Assembly: GCA_023920165.1 (NCBI GenBank)
Contig: CP089275.1
Span: 3,782,001 to 3,846,000 of the forward strand
DNA length: 64,000 bases
Direction: 5' to 3'
Source of the DNA: Curvularia clavata
Taxonomy: Eukaryota
The translations under genes were made by a program, and so were the position numbers. The notes under the pieces are model-generated. The model had not been told where the DNA came from and did no database searches. It saw nothing but the letters and a program-made list of their open reading frames with translations. Positions 1-17,277 of the stretch are shown piece after piece. How positions within the stretch are numbered: position 1 is the first letter of the stretch; the number at the start of each line of letters is the position of its first letter.

Positions 1-4296
<4,296 letters not shown>

Positions 4297-7200
4297 CTGT
4301 AGTCTGAGGTTTTGCGCCTGCCGGTGAAAAGGGCAAGATCTGATTCCGTGTAGTATATGCACAGACATACCATGTAAACTTAAAAAAGTAATTACATGAA
4401 CCTTTCCCTTGGTTTATGCAGGATGTAACGTTATCTGGTTTTCTTTCTTTTTTTGTCTCTACTGAAGCATTGCAGCCGATTGCACGGCCAAAAGTGGGTG
4501 TGAGCAGCGAAAGCTCAAAGCAGATCTTCCACCACATGTAGGCAATTTTAACCTTAGTTAGCGTTCTAATATTCTTTCTTTCTTTTTATGCACTCGTCTC
4601 GTGCCGTGCCGTGCCGCTGCATGATGATATACGGGAAGCAGGGGATAGCGAGTGGGGGAGCTTGGGGGAGTGGGGGTCTGATGTGATGAGTTGAGATGAC
4701 GTGAGGTAAGTTGAGAGATAAGGTGGGCGAGGCGAAGTGTTGGTTTCTACGGGCCATATCCAGAATTTACACGTAGAGAGGATGACTGTAGTTATTTGAG
4801 TGTTCCGAGTAATCTACTAAATCATTTCACGTAATTATTGTTGTTTATCACTTATGGCCTTGGAGGCTTGTTTTTTTTTTCTTGTCCTTTCTTGCAGCGT
4901 ATTATGCTTGCGCTGTGCAACAGAAAAAGATATTGAGAAGAGAGATGTACTTGAGAGGTTGCTTTGCTAGGTATTTATGTATGGTTGTAAGAGGGCAGCC
5001 ATACAATTTGTCTGTTGTTTTTGTCTTTTCGGGGTCTCTGACTCTCTCACTTTCTCAATTCACCACGTTTGACCGGTTTTATACACTATTCATGATTATG
5101 TGAACGGTCCAGATATCAAGAATCAGAAAAGGACGTTGCTCTCTACAATTCATGAACCGAGAATTTTTGGAGCCTGGAAACCAAGCAATTGGACACATTC
5201 TTTCATAAATCCGGTTGTTGTTGTAGGAGTTGGTTGCCTCTTTCACAATGTGTCCGTAGGAACTCGTGACAAGGATTCGAACGCTGCACCCAGTGATACC
5301 AGTGGGTTGCAATCCCATAGGCGCTGATACTCTGCTGCACATGTTTTGTGCATTCTGGGCTGGAGTACAAGTAAAATTATCGGGATCATTCGAAGCCAAA
5401 TGCCCTATGTGATTAAGCCCGGTGAACATTCCCGACGGTCGATACATGAGATCGTTCGTCGGAACTAGCCTCATGATCTAGATCCATGCAAGAGTGACCT
5501 ATTCTCGTTCCAACCAGCCAATCAATGAATCCAGATCTTGACTTGCAGAGTTGGAGATCGCATTTGACGTAAGGATCGGATTCCTCACGAGTACAGCAGG
5601 TTACGTTGTTTACTCAGGGTCCTTTCATCTTGGCTTGCATCTAGAACTTTTCGCTTGGGGAAGCGTAACACCCTCCGATGCCTGAGGGTCGTATCGAGCC
5701 GCCAAAGCCTTGGACATAGGATGAATGAAGCGAATGGATGGGGGAAGTGGATGGAGATCCGACCAGGAATGCTGCAGCACCCGTGAAATGCGAGAAGGTT
5801 ACAGCCAGGCCATTGAGTGGTAGCCGAATCCTCGATTTTGTCTGCATGAAGCCGTGCAACTGCACAATGCATGATCTCCGCACCGCTACTTCAGTGCCAT
5901 GCCATCACTGTAGGCGCCCTGTTCAAAATCCTTGCTGCTACATGGTTGTTATGGTGGATTCGTTTCGAAATCCTGAATCTGGACCTGATCGAGAAATTGC
6001 CTGTCTAACGTTGGGCGTGGAACAGCAGCAAGGCGACAGACTACGGTACTCTGCAGTAACTTGTCCCCAGATGCAAAATTATATTCATCTTCAGCGAGCT
6101 AAATGGGATCACCGCTACAGCCTGGTTGCTGGCACAGATCGTATCAGATCGGATACAAATCTTTTTACCAGCCGCCTGGTAAGCGGCTTGGTGTACAAAA
6201 CTATCAAAGATCAAGCGAAAAGTATGCGATAATGTAGTTGGTCAGTTTAGAATCAGGTGTCAGCGCAAGACTTTCATGATTCCATTTGATGGCGTGTAAT
6301 GGGACCACACGCAGATGGAGGGTCTTTGCGGTATTGGTGTCAGGTATCCACTTGTATCTGGTCATCCGATATTCGGATGGACTATCTGGGTCTCGAATTT
6401 TGGTGCAAGGATCAAAGTCGCTAGTCAAGGTCGTATTGCGGAATTCCCTTGGCGACGCTGGCATCTGTACTATGTGAGACAACCTTAGTTGTTGGGTGCA
6501 GCCAAAATCTGCACAAGAGCTGTTGGGTCCGCTGATGCGGGGTGTGAGTGGGATGTGAGTTAGAGGGAGGTCTGGCTCTAGAACGAAAACAGTCTAAAAA
6601 TGGTCTTCATGTCGAAACCATCGGCGGTTAAACAAATCAGTCACCCTCAATGAAGATAAATGGCCTCATTCGTCCATTTGATCTGATATTGAATGCGACA
6701 GAAGGAAGACCTACAGAATTGAAGTTAGCGGCGCCGACCCCATATGATCCACCGTGGACTGCGACGCCATTTCTGGATTTCCCTGCAGTGGAGATGGCCG
6801 GAGCCCCACCAAGCTTTGCAGCTCGTCATTTCTTCATCTTATCAGAGGTAGCCTGCAGAAGATCCAAAGAGGGTCACGGCATGCGTCTGACGATGTGGGT
6901 GACGCAAAACGGCGGCTCCACTGGCCTTGATGGAGCAAGACCTGGTCAGCTCGAGCCTCATGGAATTCGAAGGCTACTATATTCCATCACTATGCTTCCG
7001 CGGGCCGCCATTTTGTAGTGTATTTGTGGGTGTTTGCTGTCAGGGGTTGCGAAAAGTCTTACTTGTGAGGTGCATGAAGGACAGGAGTGGGTGCAGTGGA
7101 ATGAAATTCCTGGGCCCGTGCAAGTCTAACATGGGCTGGCTGGTTTAAAAACTAGAGACTGCAGTTAATAGCATCCTTTCTATTGTTCCTGTCCCCCTCG

Positions 7201-7395
7201 AAATCCTGTTCGTTGTTCATCACCCTGGACACTGCAGTTCTGTTCTGGTTCGCCACACAAACAGCCCTTACAACATCGCTTATTATCGTGGCTGGCGTGC
7301 CACACGCGTTTGCCTCAACTGAGTTAGCTCGTCCGGATACGTCTTCCATTTTGCTTGGAGTGACCCGATACGGAGAAGGATAATTTTGGTTCCTC

Positions 7396-9386
7396 ATGGC
7401 GAGAAGTCGACCTGCAGGCCAGCCGAACGGACAGCGGCCGTTGCGGTTGAAGTATGGCGGTGCAATGGAAACGCACGAATACAGCGATGATCCTTGGACA
7501 AATGGTGGCATTGGTGGGGTTATTCAAGGGCCACAGGCAAGTGAATCTCGATTTAGTCTCTAGTTGTAGATATGGTTGACACGGGCTCGCTTCCAGCAGA
7601 AACAGGTAACCACAACGGGTGTTTATGTATACTGACATATCTAGGCAAATTCATCGTGTCTTGCTGAAGGAGAAATCATTAAGCAGGACGAAACAGGAGA
7701 GAAATTCGCCATTCCCACACCGATCGCACAGAGTTGTTGGAAGGTCATCTCTCCTGACGGCCATGAGCAGCTATGCTACGAGCCAATCCCAGGTTTTGAG
7801 CACCTGTGTAGTGGTTCAACTCCATTGCAAGGAACTCCATGCTCTGATGACTCGCCTAAGTCCCCTCTCTCGCAACCACACCAGCCGATTGTATCCTCCG
7901 TTCCAAGCCAAACACTCGATGGACCCAAGGCCGAACGAAACCCGCGGAAGAGAAGTCAATCCAGTGAAGGAACGTCTTTTTCACAATCAGTGGCTGAGGC
8001 TGCCAATTATGAAGAGGAAAATGGGCAGTATAGCACGGACGTCAAGATTACGACCGAGCAGTCGTACACATTCTATATTGGTGATATTGCTGAATTGAAG
8101 AAGTTCTTTCGCCGACGACTTGACGAGCTTACTATGAAGCCCCTACGTCCCATTGTCACAGCCTGGATCAAGCAGCTGGAGCCCAAGCGACTGAGTCATT
8201 ATGGCCCTTACCATAAAAGGTTCCCCAGGGAACTACCCTCAAAATGCACTCCGCCCTGGTGGCCTTCCGATGTCCGTTACGAAGAACCATCACACCTCGA
8301 TAAGGCGGGTAAGTCACCAGCTTGTTATCATTGTGTGTCAGCAGCTAAATCTTCACAGGGCTCTTGAATCTGGCAGTCGACATCATGCTTCAGCATCGTT
8401 TGATTGACAAAGAAAAGCGCAAAGGTTCTTGGGTAGCAAAGCTCCGGCAAACAGCACAGTATGCCGTTGAAACAACCCCTCCCGACCAATTTTCCTCGTC
8501 CAAAGGGTCTGGTTTTAGTGAAAGAATGCAGAGTCGAGCCTTGGCGGAAATTCTTCCCAATTTGTTCGAGACTGCCCAGCTATTCGAGGACCATCTGGCA
8601 TATCATGGGCACTATGAGGGCTCTGGTATACCGGATCCTGGCATAGGAAAGCGGGTAACCTGGCAGCCCCTTACGAGACCAGCCCGCAAACCCGTCACTT
8701 CCAGAAAACGTCCTCGAAGAACCAAGACGGACCCAGGCTCTAGGTTGGAGATTGACACAGATGTATCTGGATACGAGGCCGAGATGGACGACAGCACATC
8801 TTCGTCCTATCTGCCTGATGAACAACTGGTATCGGAACGAATTGACGAATTGAACGACTCTGGGCCAATGGAAGCACAACAGCAGGGTTTGGCCTCTACT
8901 CATGAGCCTGGAGCTGCGCCGCTTCAGACTTGTCCCTTTGATAACACTACCACGTCGATAGTTTCCTTTGGACAATCGGTATATGAATATCCTCTTGGAG
9001 ACAAAATGGACCTAGACGTCAAGACGGCTACCCCTACACCACTCCAAAACCACATTCACGCCAACGCTAGTCATATAGTGCTGTACTCCACTAGCAATCC
9101 AAGCTACGATCAACATGCCGTTGAGTCCCAGCAGGAGAGCTGCGCCTTCCTCAGCACATCGGAGTCCACATTTGCCCCGAACTCTGCATCCGTCTATCAC
9201 CACCCATTTTCTGCTTTCGACACGCATTTTGCTCAATCGGTTGAGCATATGGCATTTCATAACGACACTTGTTATCCTCACGGACACGAGGCCTATGCAC
9301 CCTCTTCTGTCGATCTACTGGACCTCTTCCAAGCGACGCCTAATAGTGCCAGTACCAACTGCCAGGCGAATGCATCACCATATTGA
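7396..9386 (+). CDS. DUF2841 / YDR124W-like domain protein with low-complexity C-terminus (possible regulator)
   Basis: FFRRRLDELTMKPLRPIVTAWIKQLEPKRLSHYGPY...PPWWPSDVRYEEPSHLDK resembles the DUF2841 family from recall. Intron 8309-8358 (GTAAGT...CTAAA...CAG) joins ORFs 7825 and 8364 in frame. The first exon 7396-7536 needs a GC-AG intron 7537-7644, so the start is less certain. Confidence 0.7.
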
Positions 9387-10331
9387 TCTCTTGCAGCATC
9401 ACGCACATACCTGCGCTTATTTTCTGGTATCCTCTATCATATGGTATCCTACAAGAACGATTCACGACTACAGCTCCATGTTTGCTTTTCCCTCGAGTTC
9501 TTTGCGCCTTTTTTTGGCGTTGCCTTTCGTTCTAGCCTACCAAATTGAGGCTGGTGATGACCACTGGTGGTTGTTTCATTCAGGCCACTTGAACATGTTT
9601 CGGATCTTCAATTTGGGAGGCTCCTTATTGCTCAGACGATAACGTTTCGCAGTATACCCTCAACGATGTAACGGTGCTTATGACTGCACTGAAACGACTT
9701 CGGTGAACATATACGATGTTTCGAAGGAAAGGTAATTTGAATTGTTCAAGGAGTCATGGAGTTCGCTTTTGCTTTCATAAGAAGTCATCACCTATTTAAT
9801 CAGAACGTGTGAAGCCGGTGACGACATGCTCAGTACAGGGCATGAAGCCGACGACCAACGAACTGCTGATTAGCAACTGTATGCTCATAGATAGGGCGCA
9901 CAAGCGTCTAGTATTGTTAGCTACAAAATATTTCGGGTATGTTACATTGGAAAAGAAGTTTCAGGGCCAGGATACGTGACGTCGTTGAATTTAAATTAAC
10001 CAAGGCAGAGACGTTGAGTGGCATGGTGTTGTAGTGGTGAGCTGGCACGCCCAGCTACACGTGTGCCAAGGCGCTAGCACCGCGTCACAGGCCCGGGCTT
10101 GTGAACTCATCGGAGCTATCCTTCGCGACAATCAATGGGTCTTTGTTGCATTCCAGCAGCAGCCGCCAGTCGTCCTCAACCCGACTCGGCCAGCAGCACA
10201 CAACCCAACCCCCGGATTGAATTTCCTACTGTATCGAACGCTAGACCAGCGCCAGCGCCAGCGCCCGACCGTTGACTGGGACGTCGCTCGTTGGTCGCAT
10301 ACGAACCGCATCCTTTGAGGGAGTCGCGACT

Positions 10332-13300
10332 ATGGCTACGCCGCGTGGTGGGAGAGGCGGCGGAGGCGAGAGAGGGCGCGGCGCAAGAAGTGGCTATACT
10401 CCCAATACAAATCGTGGACGCGGAAAGAATCACGCGCCGAGCGACGATGAACGACCGGCGCAAACCCTCTATACGCGTGGACAAGGACGGCAGCACAGCG
10501 GCGGAGGCAGAGGCGGCGCAAACAGCAATGGCGGTTCCAATACGCGAGGCGGTCATTTTGGCACTTCGTATGTTCTCCCTGTTCTCTTCTAAATTGGACA
10601 CAGGCCGTGGGCGGACCAAGGGCGCCATTACCAGGATGCATTCTAGACCATTGCGATACACGCCAACCGAGGGCCTCTTGCGGCCGCTCGCGGCCTATTC
10701 TGACTTGATATCTCTAGGAATACCTTCGCCTCGAATAAGACGAGCACGCCAAACTTCGCACCCCACGAATACCAGAAACGCCTGAACTACGTAAGAGCTG
10801 TCCCGCACATTTGGTCCGGCAGTGCTGACATGGCTAGATCAAAGCAGAGCGGCCGAAAATTCGCGAGCAATTTATCAAAGATGGCCTCATGAACCCAGAG
10901 GGTCAGATGCGCCTGAGCGACTCAGTCAATCTGTACGGTATATGCGAAGAGATGTGCCCAGAGTACGAGCGCGTACGTCGCATCGTAGAGCTTGATGTCA
11001 AAGCACCAGAATGCGTAAGTATCAATTGTCATTCCTTGAGTACACTCACTAACATCTGTAGACTCCCGAGACTCAGCACCTATCTAGTCGTAGTCAACGC
11101 ATACCAGATGAATCGCGAATGGTCAAGGCGTACGCACGCTCTGCAGCAGGCATGGACGTGGAACTGGTATCAGAGATCCGCTCACCTGTCACTTGCCTGG
11201 TAAGTTATTTCCAGTCTGTAAATGTCAGTCGTCATCTGACCCTGGCAGAAAACACTCAAATACCTTTTTGGACGCCTCGACGAAGATGATTTCGAATTCC
11301 TCCACTCCTGGATTTGGGACCGAACACGAGCCGTCCGAAAAGACCTGCGCACTCAACGTATTGAGAACAAGTCCGACATTGCTATTCTCTTGACTTCCCT
11401 CGAGTACAGCGCCCGCTTCTACATGCTGTCAGCCCATCAGATGGCTCGAAGCACAAAGGACGACTACTCGCATCAGCAGGATGTTGAGCAGCTAAACCAG
11501 ACTTTGATCTCGTTGAAGGAGCGATATAGCGATAACCGACGCGCTGGCATCATATCAGAGAATGAGGCTGAGTTCTGGGCGTACCGCTTGATTCTGGCCC
11601 CTATATACGCAAATACGCAACTTGAAAACGAACTACACCGTCTCCCCAGCGATTTGCGAAACAATCCACGCGTAAAGACTGCCTTGGAGATCTTCCGCGT
11701 TTTGAAAACTATCATCATCCACAGAAACTACGACAACTTCGTTCAATGCCAGTCCAACTGGAAGGTATTCTGGGATCTGATCAAATCGCCTAGGGTCTCG
11801 TACCTAATGGCATGTGCAGCTGCCATCTGCTTTAACCGGGTACGCCATGTTGTGCTCGACTCGGTGTGGCGTGCCTATCGAGTCGGCCAATATAGGCATC
11901 AAGTCAGTGTTGAAGAGTGGACAACCGGCAAGCTGAGAGAAGTGCTTGGAATGGACACTGATTCAGAGGCAGTTCAATTTTGTGAAGATCACGGTTTCGT
12001 ATTCGAAGTGAATGAAGCTGGACAGACATTCTTGGATATCAAGCAAAAGAGTTACGACCGAAAAGCCATGGTTCTTCCAAAAGCCGATATCAAACCTCAG
12101 TTCTTTTCCGCATCGATTGTTGAGGCCAAACGCTACGGTCGGCCACTCTCAGCCATCATCGCTGGCTTGACAGTACAAGGGGCCAAGAAAGGGGCTTTCT
12201 CTTTCCAAAATGCATTTACGAATCAAGCTGATCAAGCGGAGGATCAGACTTCATTGTTTGTGCCTGAAAAACCTAATGTCTTCAGCCAACAGTCAAACGG
12301 GGCAAAACCACTGGCCGGCGGCTTTGGTCTCAACCCAACCGCGTCTCCGTTTCAATCCAGTAATACTGCTGCAGAATCCCCCAATCCATTCGCAAAGGCT
12401 CCTCAATCGGGAGTATTTGATCCTCAAAGGAATGCCATCAAGTTCGCCCCATCGCCAGATACGAACTCGAACCCATTTCTTCAGCAAAAGAGCTCCACGC
12501 CTTTCCAGTCCGCTCCACTCGTGCCTCCCACAAATCCGTTTTTGAAAAATAACACCACGCCGTCTCAGCCTGCAACATCCGGAGCTGCACCCAACCCTTT
12601 TCTCCCTCGGGCATTTACAGCTGCTCCGTCAACATATCAACCACATAACTCCACCTCAGAGCATGAGCCACCCGTGCCAGCTGAAACTCCAAAGCCAGCT
12701 CCTTTGTTCAACTTCACTACCCCAGATTTTAAGTCTGCACATTCAGAAGAGGCAGCGCCAACTTTTACCCCGGCAGGGTCGCCGCCTCAAGAAGATACCT
12801 CTGCACAAGAAGCTGAAGCGCAAAGAGCAGAGCAAGAACGACGGGAAGCGGTTGAGAAACAACGACAGGAGGATGAAGCACGAAGACGCGTGCAAGAAGC
12901 TCAACGCGCAAAGCAAGCAAAAGAGGAGGAGAGGAAGAGGGAAGCTGCCGCAGAGGCAGAACGGCAACGAAAGGAGCAGGCAGATCGAGAACGCAGAGCA
13001 CGTGAGGAACAGGAGGAATTGGCCCGGCAAGCTAGGCAACGTCAAGCGCAAGAGGAGGAGGCTCGGGCGAGACGAATACGGGAGATGGATTCCGCATTGC
13101 GTGCCCTTACGTCGGACGTTATGTTCGATCCTCAAGAGGGACTGTTGATGCAGTTCATCGAGAATGCAGCTATCAACATTTCAATCGAAGCTGCAAGGTC
13201 CGTTGAGATGGAGAGAAGAGTTTCGTATGTGGATCGTAAATATGAAAAGTATCTGGTGGAATTGAAACGGGCAGGGTTGGCCAAGATCATGGCTGCGGTA

Positions 13301-14914
13301 CAAAAGAAGAGACGAATGCGGAGAGCCAAGGAGCGGAGAAAGCGATTAAAAGAACAGCGTGCTCGCGCGATCTCGGCGGGAGGGCAGGAGCCAACAGATG
13401 CGTCTGTTTCTGAGCAGATTGTTGGTATGAACGGCGTTGCAACAGCAGCAAGTCAAGCAAACGCCTACAGGGTGTCGCAGCCGCATTCGTCGAATACTCG
13501 ACGTGCCAGACGTACTGAGGAACGGCGAAAGGCGGAGGCCTCTGAGACAACAAGCACAACAAAACTCAGCACAAGTTCTGATAGACCAGATCCGAAGGCA
13601 ACATCTGGTGCCCGCAACATCCTACCAGACGCAAGCACAAGCATGAACAACGCCCCGGCCCCGACCCCGGCTTATTCACAGGCCTACCGTCAGGCCGCTG
13701 CAACTGCACCTGTCGATCGAACGGAGACGGACTGGTTCAAACTGCGGGCTATGGGGATCGACCCCAGCAAACATCGGAAACGGAGTTTTGATTTCACCTC
13801 TTCCGATGAGGAAAAGCCAGACCAGGTTGAACTCAAGCGTCCTAAGCTATCATCAACCTCTGCCTCAACAGAGCATCAATTGCCGCCTACACCCAGGACC
13901 ATGGAGGAGGAGCAACGCGATCGTGCTGAAGCCATCAAGCAGTCCTTCAAGAGGTCGCCCTCTACGACATCACCGTCCCAGTCAATTAATGGAGCTGCAT
14001 CCTTCAGTGGTCGAGCCTCATTCAATGACTCCACCAGTAGCTTGATTGAAAGAGCTCGAAAGCTGGTGGCTGGAGCTAAGGCCGAGATGCCACCACCTTC
14101 ACAGACGAGCGGCGCAATGTCTATCCATAGGGCTGAGCCCCTCGACAATAACGCTAGTCAACTTATTGCACGCGCCAAGGGACTTGTAGGACGACATGAC
14201 ACGACGCCAATGGTGCAGCACGATTGGGGTCGTAGCGTTCCCAATCTCGGTTTCTCAGCTTCTCAGAGCCAGCGGTCAATGTATGACAATAGCAGCTTTG
14301 GCAGCTTGGGCAGCACAAAATCGACCAAAGATCGTCCTGCATACTGGGCACGCATGAGCCGGTTTGTACCCCGTCATCTCTACGGTCAGGGCGCAGAAGC
14401 TGTCCGCGCCTACAGAGTGGAGCAGGGTCTTAGCAAATCGCCCTCTAGCACACGACCTGCCAGTACAGAACCCCTCTCTTTTTCGTCTCCCATCCCAACC
14501 CAGCAATCCTTCGTCCAGCACGCACAAGGCCAAGCTCAAAGCTACATTCAAGAGCAGTACAGTGACACTGAAGAAGCCAGTGGCGTCGACGTCGTTGATG
14601 CTGACGCTGAAGATTCGGATGCTATCACGACCGATGAAGAGAAAACCATCCCTGCAACGACTTCCTATTCCAGCTCTCAGTTCCCTACTGTCCAGTCCGA
14701 TCATCAAGAATACGACGAAGATGCGGATTCCGAGATGCTGGACGACGAGGAGGAGGATGTCGATGACGACGAGCTCCTTGACTATGACGAGTATGACGAG
14801 GAGGTCGAGGATGAAGACGAAGACGAAGACGGTTTTGAAGAGGATGATGGCGAGGGCGAAAACACTATGAAACCCGGAGCAACTGAAGACGACGCTATTG
14901 AGCTTTCCGACTAG
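10332..14914 (+). CDS. SAC3: SAC3/GANP family mRNA export factor (TREX-2 scaffold)
   Basis: RGG-rich N-terminus; GICEEMCPEYER, MVKAYARSAAG and WIWDRTRAVRKDLRTQ SAC3/GANP motifs; NPF/FxF-rich, coiled-coil and acidic C-terminal regions. Introns 10568-10717, 10791-10837, 11015-11061 and 11200-11248 give one continuous frame into ORF 11390-14914. Confidence 0.9.
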
Positions 14915-15575
14915 GATGTTGTTTCCCGGGCAAAAATTTTACTGTATAATATCCGCAGGGCGTTTCATGAGCATAGCGACGGCGTTTTTTTTTTTTTTAT
15001 TTCTCTCACATGATTACTCTTTCGCCATTTTGCCAAGGATAGGGAGGATCAATATGCATGGGGTGTAAGGAAAAGGATACCCAGTTTATACGCTATGGAG
15101 CGGAGTTGTTGCACGTGTATAAAAAGGATAACGGAGAATGCTATCAAGATGATGTGGGAAACGTCGATGTATTAGTCTAAGACGACGTGGCATTCTGATG
15201 CTATCGTAATGTTTCAAGTGCGACGTGTCTACCTTTTGCAGTTGACTGAACAGCTACCTGGAAAATTCATTACACAAGCTGCTATGGTATGCAAGTGGTG
15301 CGTCTTGATGGAAATTGTGATTTGCCTAGCCGAGAGCATCGTAGTGAATAAGTTAACACCGCCATCTCAGCCATCATGCTGAACCAATGCGCCTTCACTT
15401 CCTTCCTATTTCGCGCGTCTTCACTTTCTATATGACGCAATGCCATCATGGCCCCCGTTCGTTTGCTGGAAAGTTCGACACATAAACAAATCGTTTGTTC
15501 CTCGGCACTGACGCTCGCAAAGACAAAATCCTAGGCGCTCTATCCGTCTACAGGTCTTCTTGTTCATCCGACAAG

Positions 15576-15931
15576 ATGTCCTACGCCAAGATTCTCTCCA
15601 GCCAATTCATCAAGACCGTCACGACCGCCAGCGGCCGAGTCCTCGAGGCCAAGTACGCCACCAAGACTCCGAGCTGGAAACGTATCTTGCTGGCGCAAAT
15701 GGTGCAAGACCATTTCTGTAGTACCTTGGAAAAGACTATCGATATTCCTGCTCGTGCCACTGCTGCCATTCTGGTGTAAGGATGCTCTTTCTTTATGAGA
15801 CTAGATCAGGTTTGACTGACGTGAACCGTAGCAAACAGGAGCGTTCGAGCTCGGACGACCGCAAGTACTTCAACACTGTGTTTCAGGATGGGAAAGGCAA
15901 ATATGTTGCGAGTAAACGTCTCTATCCCTAG
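15576..15931 (+). CDS. small hypothetical protein, 99 aa, two exons
   Basis: ATG 15576; intron 15776-15831 (GTAAGG...ACTGAC...TAG); exon 2 continues in frame to TAG 15929-15931. Product MSYAKILSSQFIKTVTTASGRVLEAKYATKTPSWKRILLAQMVQDHFCSTLEKTIDIPARATAAILVKQERSSSDDRKYFNTVFQDGKGKYVASKRLYP. Confidence 0.6.
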
Positions 15932-16780
15932 TTTGGCAAGCGGTTGTCCAGTATCCTCGCGGCTTGAGGAAGCGGGATGAGTGCAAGACACGCCGACTAT
16001 AGGCAGAGCAATGCTATTTCATGCACCCGAATGGAGGGGTTTCACAAAAGGAAGGATAGCTTAGACAGATGACTTTTAGTAGGCTTGCGTACCTCAACTT
16101 CAATCAAAAATCGCTGCCTAATACTTAGCCAGTAGCATTAATAGTTTACTGCGTGCTATGGGAGCAACTGCAGTTTCATGAACATGGCCGCATTTCGAAG
16201 CTAATGCACGCGTGACTACTGGTGTCTTGTATACTATATCATATTTTGTAATGTGTATTCAGCTAAAAACATTTCATTGTGGTGCTCGGTCTTAGTGATA
16301 TGCTATTTCAGTTGTGAAGATGGATGTTAGGAAGATATTTGTCAGATGTTAACGATATTTAATAACTCTTTCCTGTGCATTGTATGAAGTCACTGACGTT
16401 TTCGAAGATAGACCTGATTCGCCGATTACATCACAATCTCCTCTTGCACAGAAAAGTATTTCACGTGGATTTAGTAGCAACAGGACGAATGCAGAATTGA
16501 TCAATTGAGTTCAATTAGGTTCCTTATTCTGGATAAAGATTACAACAAGTATTAATTAGTCTCCTTCCCTCCATCCATTTCCCCTTTCGTCCTCGGCGCT
16601 TTAAACAATATTCGTCGGGGGTATAAAACTTTTTCTCATGTCAAAATCCCAAAGTCCTGAACCAGAAAATGCTGCAAAAAAAAAAATTCAAAAACTTTTG
16701 GTGTCGTCCCTCTTATCCCTCCGTCACACAGACCCACTCTTTCCCCAAGTCCGTGTCTTTTTCTTCGTCTTCCCCACAAT

Positions 16781-17080
16781 CTAGTGCTTCATTCCCGCAG
16801 CCCCACAGCCGTAGCTGGCCATGTAGGCAGCGTTCACACTGCGGTGGTGCTCACTGGCGTGCTTCTTGACACCCTCCCACATCTTCTTGATGCTGAGGTT
16901 GAGTTTGTGCTGGGCCTTTGCTTCGTTTTCTTGCTGCTGCTGCAGAGCGACAAAGTGGTGGGCGTCGTGAGCTGACTCGTGGGAGGCACGGCGGGAGTGG
17001 GCGGCTGGGGTGGCGGGGATGGAGGAAGATGGGGTTGAGCTCAGGGAGAGGACGCGTGGGTGGCAGTCGGAGTTGTTCAT
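16781..17080 (-). CDS. small fungal hypothetical protein, 99 aa
   Basis: ATG in CAAAATG context, biased codon usage, C-terminal KKMWEGVKKHASEHHRSVNAAYMASYG like other small fungal proteins from recall, TATA box about 190 nt upstream, CA-rich leader. Confidence 0.72.
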   Translation of the reverse strand: MNNSDCHPRVLSLSSTPSSSIPATPAAHSRRASHESAHDAHHFVALQQQQENEAKAQHKLNLSIKKMWEGVKKHASEHHRSVNAAYMASYGCGAAGMKH

Positions 17081-17088
17081 TTTGTGTG

Positions 17089-17108
17089 TTTGTTTGTTTG
17101 TTTGTTTG
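17089..17108. repeat. (TTTG)5 microsatellite in the leader of the 99-aa gene
   Basis: Five tandem TTTG copies read directly; (CAAA)5 on the coding strand. Confidence 0.85.
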
Positions 17109-17269
17109 TGGTGATTTAAGGTTTGTTTGGGTTGATGATGAGTTCAAGGCGATGTCAAAGTGACTTTTTCGTTGGGAGTAGTAACAATTGAAGTAGTGGT
17201 AGTAGTAAAGACTTGAAGATTTGATGCTTGTTGATGCTCTGTCCATTTACTCCGCTCTCTCCACGTCCC

Positions 17270-17277
17270 TTTATATA
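17270..17277 (-). promoter_or_regulatory. TATA box (TATATAAA) for the gene at 16781-17080
   Basis: Consensus TATA on the minus strand about 190 nt upstream of the ATG. Confidence 0.55.

Noticed and set aside
10246..10265. (CCAGCG)3 tandem repeat upstream of SAC3
   Set aside because: Three copies only; ordinary low-complexity leader sequence.
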